The notes under the pieces: model-generated
Told to the model about the DNA's origin: nothing
The model's input: the letters and a program-made list of their open reading frames with translations, nothing else
Databases searched by the model: none
Shown: positions 1 through 9,229 of the stretch, piece by piece
Layout: each line of letters starts with the position of its first letter
Position numbering within the stretch: the stretch's first letter is position 1
Position numbers and translations under genes: made by a program
Origin: Auanema rhodensis
Lineage: Eukaryota > Animalia > Nematoda
Direction of reading: 5' to 3'
Assembly: GCA_964057225.1 (NCBI GenBank)
Contig: OZ059894.1
Location: 6,820,001 to 6,884,000 of the forward strand
Length of the DNA stretch: 64,000 nt

Positions 1-1
1 A

Positions 2-88
2 ATCAATCCATTATTCGATAAGTATTCCGAGGACAACCACTGGAGAATTACTCGTGTCAAGAAAAGGATTTACAATCCCAATCGTTAA
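2..88 (+). CDS. Probable last-exon fragment of an upstream gene (INPLFDKYSEDNHWRITRVKKRIYNPNR*), product unknown
   Basis: Open frame from the window edge to TAA at 86-88, followed by a U-rich tract and AATAAA at ~210. Protein not recognised. Confidence 0.45.
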   Translation: MNPLFDKYSEDNHWRITRVKKRIYNPNR

Positions 89-504
89 TTTTGATGTATT
101 ATTTTATTGCATTCAAGTTGTACCTACGAGACTGTTTTTTTTGTTCTGACCTCAAGTCGTTAATTATTTTTTTAATGTGATATATAGTTTGTACATTTGC
201 GTTGAACATAATAAAAAATAATGAATTGTGCAATCATTAATTATCAAATTTTAAATGTTTTCGTGCATTTTTTATTTTAAATCTGAATCATGGATTTAAG
301 CATGAACCATCTAGATTTCAGTTCGCGCATACGCTAGTAACCGCACGCGGTCGAAATAAATAGGCTTTATTGTCTTGGTCTCAGATTGGGCTTTACAATA
401 TCTTCATAATGAGTTCTTTGGAATAGAATGCGGAATGACAGTTTTATTTCCACGAATGAGGTATTTTTTTTTTTTTAATTTTTATGTATTTATTTTAAGT
501 CATA

Positions 505-3243
505 ATGATGCACAGCCACTTGTTCAGTGGGCCGTCTGCACTCGCCGGGCCTAGTGGCCTACCTTCGTCTACTGTTATAAGTGAAGGTAAGTTTCATTAT
601 AAATAAAATTATTTATTTCCGTTATTAGGTGCTTTACTCAATCACTCTCTCACCCAACCTAAAGAAGAATTGAAAACTCAGTTCACTACTAGAGAGGGAA
701 CCTACAAAATAATGCCACAAGCTGAATATTCTAGACCCACACGGGTCCCTGTGAATCAGGTTCGCTTTTACAACTTGTTTCTATTGCTATATTTTTTTTG
801 TTCTCAGCAGTTGCAAACTGGAGTACCCAACTTTGCCGGTGCTCCTGTTCGTGTATCATTTTTATCTCTGAATTTACCAAGTCCTTCAGTCAGAGAAGAG
901 GTTAGATTCTTGAGAGAACCTGTCAAAGTACAGAAATTTTAAGGAAAAATGTTTTTCTGCTTCAAATCTAAGTGATGTTGAAGACTCTGTCGATGATCAA
1001 AACTGTGATAGAATATGTTTCAATGTCGGCCGAGAAATATATGTCTATATGTATAAGTATGAAGAGTAACTTGAGTATGTTTATAACCAGTTTTGCTTTT
1101 CCAGAGGACCACAAACAGCCGCAGATTTAAGTAAACCTATCGATAAACGGGTATATAAAGGAACCTTCCCTACTTGCCATCATTTTAATTCTGAAACTGC
1201 TACTTCAGATGGTTGTAGGTGAGCTCATTCATACTTTAATATTGATAAGCCTGTTTATAATGTTTATAACAATATTATAACAATAGATTTTCAGCCTTCT
1301 TATTGGTTTTTCGGCTGGACAAGTTCAACTAATAGATCCTTTTAACAAAGATTTCCAGTCAAGTAGACTATATAATGAAGAAAGATTCATAGATAAGTCT
1401 TCCGTGACTTGTGTAAAATGGGTGCCAGGTACAATTACGCATATTACATTATTTATTAAAATTTGTTTTATTTGCAGGCGAACGAAATCATTTCCTTGTG
1501 TCTTATTCTAGTGGATTCATGTATTTATATAATGAGGATTTACAATGTCCTCAAGCTGCTCCCGTTTATCAAGTATTCAAACAAGTTAGTTGTTTTTCGA
1601 ATCACACTTTGTATAAAACTGACTTATTCAGGGAGAAAAATTTACAGTTTCCACATGTAAAACAAAAACATCTAGAAACCCAGTGTATCGTTGGCAAATT
1701 GGTCAAAGTGGAGCCATTAATCAGTTTGCGTTCTCGGGTAGTGATGCCAAATTATTAGCAACAGTTGGACATGTATGACAGCTTTAATTACAATTGTTAA
1801 TGAACTTAATTTCAGGATGGATATTTAAGAATTTTCAATTATCATGAGATGGAACTTCTTTCATACATGAAATCATATTTTGGTATAAATCATTAAATCG
1901 TCGTGTCATTCATCCATATATTCAGGTGGTTTATTAACTCTTGCTTGGAGTCCTGATACTAAACTGATTGCTACTGGTGGTGAAGACGATTTGTTAACTG
2001 TTTATAATGTCTACGAGAAACGAGTAATATGTAGAGGGCAGGGACATAAAAGTTGGATTTCTCAGGTATATTTCAAATTGGTGCTATTAATATCTGATTT
2101 TGTCTTAACTTTAAGGTTTCATTTGATCCCTATTCCTGTTCCGTAGATGTTGATAATGAATTAAATGGTGCTCTGCTTGATGTTTGCTCTGAAGATGATT
2201 TCAGAGGATCTGGTAGCATGAATAAGACAGATTCTGATGTAGAGAATACAACGCCTCTGTTTAGAAATAGTATGCATAATTGTTTTTTTGCCTATTTTTC
2301 ATTTATATATAGATCATCGTAAACCCCCTCATCCTTTATCTTCAATGTCAAGATGCTCTTATGCTTCCTTTGGAACGATTAATGGGGCTAGTGCGGTAAT
2401 TTTTCTGAAATTTAATTTTTTTATTGTTTGTATTTCAGACCGGAATAGGTGTATGTTATAGAATTGGCAGTGTAGGTCATGATACTCAGCTGTGTCTATG
2501 GGATATTACCGAAGATATGCTTAAGGTATAATTATTCATAAATCTGAAAATGTGGAATATTTTGTTTAGTCTTCCAATGTTCAAAGGCATCGGAATTCTA
2601 CCATTATCGCTCCAATGGCCGGCTTGGAGATTCAAACTTCTTCGAGATTAGATCCTTTATCGGAAGCTTCTCCTGACGCTTCGTCTGAAAAACCTAAAAA
2701 AAAAAGATTTCATCGTAGGGGTTTCACATTGGGAAGAATAGGAGGATCCAACAGTGATAGGTTTGTGTTTGTATTGGCAGAAATTTGAAGACTTTGTTTC
2801 AGGCGAAGAGTTGAATCACCTGCTTGTCAATCTTCTTCTTCCGCTATTGATGAAGCAAGATTGTTAGGAACTCGAATTTGCCCTAGAATGGAAGATGTCC
2901 CTGTAATAGGTTAGTGTCTGAAGATGAATAATTTGGTATATTTCGTTTTAAGAACCTTTGATATGTAAGAAAATAGCTCATGAACGATTAACAGCTCTTG
3001 AGTTTCGGAAAGATTGTATTATTACCGCTTGCCAGGAAGGTTTTATATGCACTTGGGTTCGGCCTGGGAAGGTATGTTAGTTCTGTGAATATACTTTAAT
3101 TGTTTCGTTGTTAGACATCTGCTAACCTTCTGCGCCGGGAAGTTAATTCTCCGAACGCCGTTAGTACTCCATCAGAGATTAGAGATCTGAAAGAGTACGG
3201 AGCTCATAGACCGTACTGGGGTCAGACTTCAATTCACGCCTAG
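505..3243 (+). CDS. wdr-20: WD40-repeat protein WDR20/DMWD orthologue (USP12/46 deubiquitinase cofactor), multi-exon; coordinates span the whole gene
   Basis: Spliced translation gives family motifs: ELKTQFTTREGTYK..EYSRPTRVP, ICFNVGRE, ADLSKPIDKRVYKGTFPTCHHFN, LLIGFSAGQVQLIDP, RLYNEERFIDKSSVTCVKWVP, SYFGGLLTLAWSPD, GGEDDLLTV, GHKSWISQV, YRIGSVGHDTQLCLWD, LICKKIAHERLT, TACQEGFICTWVRPGK. Short GT-AG introns throughout. ATG at 505 is inferred; stop TAG at 3241-3243. Confidence 0.93.
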
Positions 3244-3660
3244 ATGATATCGGGTTAGTCATCAACTTTTAAAATTCTAACTTTCAATAGATTTTTCGGA
3301 TTTGGCGTTTTCTTTTTTTATCTGCTCACTTTTTTCATTATTCTCATTTTGAAGATGCGTATACCTGTTGTACATTCCCTCCAAACATTGCAAGTTCTAT
3401 TAATAATTTTAATATTCCTATTTTGTAGTCAAAATGTTTGCTCGGGTCTTAGGTACTGAAGCAAATTTTACTTGTATTACTTCTGTCTTATTTTTATTGT
3501 GATATTATTGTTTATTGTTATAACTAATTTACTTTGATTAGTGTATATAAAACGATTTATTGTGTATCTCTTGTAATTTTAGAGGAGTTGTGGTAGCTGC
3601 TTATATATATATATATGTATTGGCTTTTGTACTTCGTTATTTTTTATTATAGCTATCAGA

Positions 3661-5143
3661 ATGACGGGCTCTGTTCCTAGAGATGAAGGGATGTCCAAAG
3701 ATGAGGCGCAAGTATACGATCGTCAAATACGTTTATGGGGTTTTGAAGCTCAAGAAAAGTAAAATTAATAACTCGAATAAACCTGATGGACTATTCTTCA
3801 GATTGAGAACTTCTTCGATCCTTGTTTGTGGGCTTTCGGGGTTAGGAGCTGAGGTTGTTAAAAACTTGATGCTCTGTGGAATTAAAGTATATAGTTGTTT
3901 TCAATTCATTCAAGTCATTCACAATTTAGGCAATGACTTTAATGGATTCTGAAGTCGTTTCTCAAGAAGATTATGATAGCAATTTCCTTCTTGCACCCGA
4001 CTCTTGCGGTCAAAATGTATATTATTTTCAATATAAGGCTGATATTGTATGCGTTTTAACAGAGGGCAGCATGTTCTTATGCTAGAGCACAAGCTTTGAA
4101 TCCTATGGTAAAGTGTACTGTTGAAGAATTATCTATTGAGTCTAAAACTTCGGATTATATTACTCAATACGATATGATCGTCTTGATGGATCATAGTTAC
4201 AACGTTACAAATAAGTGGAATAAAATTTGTCGTGAAAAGGGTGTTAGGTAACTACTACTTCTGCTTATATTTTTAACAAAAGCAAGTTTAGATTCGTAGC
4301 AGGCAGTGTGTTCGGTTGGATTGGATACGGATTCTTTGATTTCAACGGACATAATTTCTTAATGTACGATACGTACTGAGTTGACCGTGAATAACATGAA
4401 ACTTCAGACCTATTAAGAAACGCGAATTCCCTCTCGTTGGATTGGATGGTGGTCAGGGTGCTCTCGGCGATTCTAATAATGCTATAACTTTGGATGACGA
4501 CCAATTTGTGAAGGAGGTATTTCGTCATCATAGTTGATTTTAAGCAAATAGGTGTATGCAGAGTCTTTCATATTCGTCTTTCGAAGATGCATTCAATGTT
4601 GACTGGGCCGAAAAAATGAAGAAGAGAGTTTCTCGTGTTATTCCACCTTGTTATCCACCATTGAGAGGTTGTGAGTTGATGTTATGTGTCACTAACATTT
4701 ATTTCAGCTATGCTAAGAGCACAAGAGATGAATAAACTTACGGGTGATAATCAAAAAGATTATGAAACTGTTCATCAGTTATTTATTGACGAGGTATTAA
4801 ATTATTGGGTAGTCTTTAGTATATATAGTTTTAGGTTAAATCCTTAAAATTAAGCGAGGAAATTGCAAATAGTTCTCCTTTGGAGAAAACAGAATAGTAA
4901 GTAATTTTGCAACTGAGAATTGAAACCTGTTTTTTCAGTTATTTTGGATCTCAGCTCTCACCTGTATGTGCCGCTATTGGGGGTTTAATTGGCCAAGAAG
5001 CTATTAAAGTTGAAAAAAATATTAAATCTTTAAATTATGTATCTGTTCAGGCGCTCTCGGAAAACAAAGAACCTTTGAAAAACATTTTCTTGTATTCCGC
5101 CTTTGATACTGCTGGAATTCTTCTTCAGGCTCCTCCTGCTTAA
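3661..5143 (+). CDS. aos-1: SUMO-activating enzyme E1 subunit 1 (SAE1/Aos1), multi-exon; coordinates span the whole gene
   Basis: Translation includes MTGSVPRDEGMSKDEAQVYDRQIRLWGFEAQEK|LRTSSILVCGLSGLGAEVVKNLMLCGIK, RAQALNPMV, GSVFGWIGYGFFDF and QLSPVCAAIGGLIGQEAIKALSENKEPLKNIFLY, a ThiF/E1 adenylation half-domain of Aos1 length. Stop TAA at 5141-5143; AATAAA at ~5176. Confidence 0.9.
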
Positions 5144-5375
5144 ATATTCGTTCAAATCTGATACTTCCCTGTTGAAATAAACGGGTTTGTTAAAGATGTG
5201 TCATTGAAATGTATCTCCTCATTTTTGTTACAATCGTTTTGATAAATAATTTTTTTCGATACCGATGTGAAGGAAATTATTTTCAGTAGAAAAGTTGGAT
5301 AGAGAACTACGAATTTTTCAAACCTTGATTACCATGGGTTCTCATAAAGTTTGCTTGCGAAAAGACAGATTCGTA

Positions 5376-5449
5376 GCCGCCATAGCTCAGTCGGTTAGAG
5401 CGTGGGTCTAATAAGCCCAAGGTCGCAGGTTCGACCCCTGCTGGCGGCA
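5376..5449 (+). tRNA. tRNA-Ile(AAT)
   Basis: 74 nt GCCGCCATAGCTCAGTCGGTTAGAGCGTGGGTCTAATAAGCCCAAGGTCGCAGGTTCGACCCCTGCTGGCGGCA. Full cloverleaf, anticodon loop CTAATAA, A and B boxes, TTTT runs downstream. Confidence 0.97.
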
Positions 5450-5536
5450 AAACATTTTACTTTTAACTTCTAAATTATTCAAAACTTAATTGCCACAGGT
5501 TATAACAAAGTTTGCTTGTGAAAACACAGATTCGTA

Positions 5537-5610
5537 GCCGCCATAGCTCAGTCGGTTAGAGCGTGGGTCTAATAAGCCCAAGGTCGCAGGTTCGACCCCT
5601 GCTGGCGGCA
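5537..5610 (+). tRNA. tRNA-Ile(AAT)
   Basis: Identical 74-nt copy, 161 bp after the first. Confidence 0.97.
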
Positions 5611-5697
5611 AAACATTTTACTTTTAACTTCTAAATTATTCAAAACTTAATTGCCACAGGTTATAACAAAGTTTGCTTGTGAATACACGGATTCGTA

Positions 5698-5746
5698 GCC
5701 GCCATAGCTCAGTCGGTTAGAGCGTGGGTCTAATAAGGCCAAGGTC
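5698..5746 (+). pseudogene. Truncated tRNA-Ile(AAT), 5' two-thirds only
   Basis: Matches up to the variable loop with one C>G change, then jumps to spacer sequence. No T-arm or B box. Confidence 0.88.
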
Positions 5747-5802
5747 TTGGCTTGATTACCACGGGTTCTCATAAAGTTTGCTTGCGAAAAGGCAGATTCG
5801 TA

Positions 5803-5876
5803 GCCGCCATAGCTCAGTCGGTTAGAGCGTGGGTCTAATAAGCCCAAGGTCGCAGGTTCGACCCCTGCTGGCGGCA
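5803..5876 (+). tRNA. tRNA-Ile(AAT)
   Basis: Identical 74-nt copy. Confidence 0.97.
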
Positions 5877-5963
5877 AAACATTTTACTTTTAACTTCTAA
5901 ATTATTCAAAACTTAATTGCCACAGGTTATAACAAAGTTTGCTTGTGAAAACACAGATTCGTA

Positions 5964-6037
5964 GCCGCCATAGCTCAGTCGGTTAGAGCGTGGGTCTAAT
6001 AAGCCCAAGGTCGCAGGTTCGACCCCTGCTGGCGGCA
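5964..6037 (+). tRNA. tRNA-Ile(AAT)
   Basis: Identical 74-nt copy. Confidence 0.97.
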
Positions 6038-6124
6038 AAACATTTTACTTTTAACTTCTAAATTACTCAAAACTTAATTGCCACAGGTTATAACAAAGTT
6101 TGCTTGTGAATACACGGATTCGTA

Positions 6125-6198
6125 GCCGCCATAGCTCAGTCGGTTAGAGCGTGGGTCTAATAAGCCCAAGGTCGCAGGTTCGACCCCTGCTGGCGGCA
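6125..6198 (+). tRNA. tRNA-Ile(AAT)
   Basis: Identical 74-nt copy. Confidence 0.97.
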
Positions 6199-6285
6199 AA
6201 ACATTTTACTTTTAACTTCTAAATTACTCAAAACTTAATTGCCACAGGTTATAACAAAGTTTGCTTGTGAATACACGGATTCGTA

Positions 6286-6359
6286 GCCGCCATAGCTCAG
6301 TCGGTTAGAGCGTGGGTCTAATAAGCCCAAGGTCGCAGGTTCGACCCCTGCTGGCGGCA
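6286..6359 (+). tRNA. tRNA-Ile(AAT)
   Basis: Identical 74-nt copy. Confidence 0.97.
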
Positions 6360-6446
6360 AAACTTTTTACTTTTAACTTTTAAATTACTCAAAACTTAAT
6401 TGCCACAGGTTATAACAAAGTTTGCTTGTGAATACACGGATTCGTA

Positions 6447-6495
6447 GTCGCCATAGCTCAGTCGGTTAGAGCGTGGGTCTAATAAGGCCAAGGTC
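6447..6495 (+). pseudogene. Truncated tRNA-Ile(AAT)
   Basis: Same truncation junction as the 5698 copy, plus an extra C2T change. Confidence 0.88.
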
Positions 6496-6551
6496 TTGGC
6501 TTGATTACCACGGGTTCTCATAAAGTTTGCTTGCGAAAAGGCAGATTCGTA

Positions 6552-6625
6552 GCCGCCATAGCTCAGTCGGTTAGAGCGTGGGTCTAATAAGCCCAAGGTC
6601 GCAGGTTCGACCCCTGCTGGCGGCA
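6552..6625 (+). tRNA. tRNA-Ile(AAT)
   Basis: Identical 74-nt copy, last of cluster 1. Confidence 0.97.
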
Positions 6626-7609
6626 AAATATTTTACTTTTAACTTCTAAATTATTCAAAACTTGATTATTGAAACTTGTTCTTGCAAACAGCTAATTTTA
6701 GTATTTTTTGTTTTATTTTTCCAAACAGTTTTTTTTCACAAGATTTTTACTTTTTTACTTTAAAAATACTATCTAAAAATACCAGTTATGAAGGAAAACC
6801 ATTTCCTTATGCTCCAGCGTCTATGGTTCTCATCATATAGTGCCCACGATATTGACTATTGAATTTTCTAGAGATAACGAAGTGCATAAGGATTAAGATA
6901 GAGCTGATTAGAATTAATATTGATAAAGTTACCATGAATAGTTTCAAGAAAATGAAATATATTAACTGTTCAATATAAGTTTCATCTCTATTTGGCGTTG
7001 ATCATATATTACAAGTTTTTGAATGTTTTGTAGTTTGATCGTATGCTCTAAGCACATCTCGCTCAAAAAAGTGATGTTCACAACAGGGATTGTCGAAAAG
7101 AGAACGAGATAAGCTATTGTGTATTAATTTATTTTATCTATGTATTGCAATGAAATTTGAATTTCATGGTAATTTAAATTTTTATAATATTTGCTTGAGT
7201 AAATTTTTGAAAAGCTTTTTTCCGAGGTTTGAACTGACCTCAAAATCTTCATTTCGTAAGTTCAAGATTAAGTACAGTTGATTCAACTTTAAGCAACCAC
7301 GCATCATTCAAAAAAAAATGTCTGGACCCTGCTTCAAGAATTGAACCTTATAAGACTCATAATCTAGGATATTTGTTTTTAAAATTTCTAGTAGTTGGAT
7401 TTTTATGATTTCAATTACAAGATAAGAAAATCAAAATGTCGTAAAATTGAAAGAATACCCTTTATGTGATGAGTTTTCTTTGATATATCAAAACAATTTT
7501 GTTTTCAAAATGTGTGCTTAGAGAGCATTTCCTGCTTTTATCTCTGAAGGTGTTTTAAAAATTAGTATATATATGCGGTTGATATCAACAAACTATCTCA
7601 CAGTTTCGG

Positions 7610-8592
7610 ATGTCATACGGAAACATGTTTTTCCATGTAATCGTCTTTTCGCTTTTCAGCTTCTCCGCAGCAGAATTTGTATGTTTCTTTACATGTTCAG
7701 TAATTTTAGAAAATCGTTTGTTCTAGAAAACAGAAATGCAACCAAAAGCAATGGATATTGGACATTGTGTAAGTGAATCACAGATAAGATGTCTTTGGAA
7801 TTACAACTATCGTCTTATCATCAGGTTGCAAATGAACAAGAAAGCTTCTTATTATTTATTATACTTTGCAGAGCTTATTCCGCATTTAATGGTGGAGGGG
7901 TTGACTATAACGCTTGCAATACTTATAAGAAATCCCTCTTTGTGGACCCCGAGACTTATCCAACAATTTACATGGAACCTGCACCAGATTCATATAAAAG
8001 TGCGAGAGAACAGTTTAATGAGTTGTATCAAGCATTGAATAATCCAATGTGCGGCTTAAATAACGTGAAATTCATGTATATTCAAGTATGTTATTAGATT
8101 AAAATAGAATTTAAATCGGATCATATACGTTCAGGTTGCAAAATCACATCTACAGCGTTGGAGTTTTAATATTGAGGAAAACGTTAACTTCATTAGAGAT
8201 ATCATTCGTGCTGCTGAAGAGAAGGTCAGGAACTTCAAATTTTATCAACATCCTCATTTCATTTCTTTAGGGATTTCGCGTTGGAATCTATACTAATGAG
8301 GAAAATTGGTCAGAAATTACAGGCGATTGTGATCACAAAGATTTCAATCCAAAATATCCTATGCCATTATGGTATTTCACTTAAAACATTCATTTCTGTA
8401 CTGTACTTTCATTAATTATTTTTCAGGTATACATTTATCGCAAAAAGCGTGGAGGATATTATTAACAAGCCTGAAACTTTTGGATTTGGAGGGTGGAATG
8501 AAGAAGATATTGGCCCTTACCAGTATACCAGTTACGAAGATATTTGCCATGTACTTGGAAAAGTCAATTTTTTGAAAAAAATTGTGTATTAA
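7610..8592 (+). CDS. Secreted protist-type (GH25-like) nematode lysozyme, lys family; 6 exons
   Basis: Spliced: MSYGNMFFHVIVFSLFSFSAAEF (signal peptide)|KTEMQPKAMDIGHCVSESQIRCLWNYNYRLIIR|AYSAFNGGGVDYNAC..IYMEPAPDSYKSAREQFNELY..MYIQ|V..W..NVNFIRDIIRAAEEK|GFRVGIYTNEENWSEITG..PLW|Y..FGFGGW..QYTSYEDICHVLGKVNFLKKIVY*. The motifs RAY, YMxP, QF.E, IQV, GIYTN..W..IT, LWY and FGGW match the C. elegans LYS-1/7/8-type family. Confidence 0.87.
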
Positions 8593-8952
8593 TAACAATC
8601 GTTGATTCATTTCACATTGTGAGGTTGTGATGAGTTCAGAGATTTGCATGGTTGCAAGCCAGTTCAATTTTCATTGTACAGTAATTATATTTTTCATATT
8701 AACTTTGATTATATAAGATAAAAGTTAATATATTAACTTAACTTTTCCTTGTTTCGTGAATATCTATCAGCAATAATATATCAATCCAAATACAAATAAT
8801 TTTAGTATTTTTACTTTGGAATATCGAAAAGCTAGGACGGCCTGGATATAGATATTTTAGTAGTAGCAAAGTCGGATAGAGAGTTACGAATTGTTCAAAC
8901 CTTGATTAACACCGGTTCTAACACAGTTTTCCTGCGAAATTGCAGATCTGTA

Positions 8953-9026
8953 GCCGCCATAGCTCAGTCGGTTAGAGCGTGGGTCTAATAAGCCCAAGGT
9001 CGCAGGTTCGACCCCTGCTGGCGGCA
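8953..9026 (+). tRNA. tRNA-Ile(AAT)
   Basis: Identical 74-nt copy, cluster 2. Confidence 0.97.
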
Positions 9027-9113
9027 AAATATTTTACTTTTAACTTCTAAATTATCACAAACTTGATTATCACGCGCCCCGATAAAGTTTGTCTGCGAAA
9101 TGACAAATTCGTA

Positions 9114-9187
9114 GCCGCCATAGCTCAGTCGGTTAGAGCGTGGGTCTAATAAGCCCAAGGTCGCAGGTTCGACCCCTGCTGGCGGCA
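9114..9187 (+). tRNA. tRNA-Ile(AAT)
   Basis: Identical 74-nt copy; the satellite starts ~43 bp downstream. Confidence 0.97.
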
Positions 9188-9229
9188 AAACATTTTACTT
9201 TTAAATTCTAAACTATCCAAAACTTGATT

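Larger units (their letters stand above)
5285..6668 (+). repeat. 161-bp tandem tRNA-Ile array, cluster 1 (7 intact + 2 truncated copies)
   Basis: Starts at 5376, 5537, 5698, 5803, 5964, 6125, 6286, 6447 and 6552: 161-bp period with two 105-bp truncated units. Confidence 0.95.
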
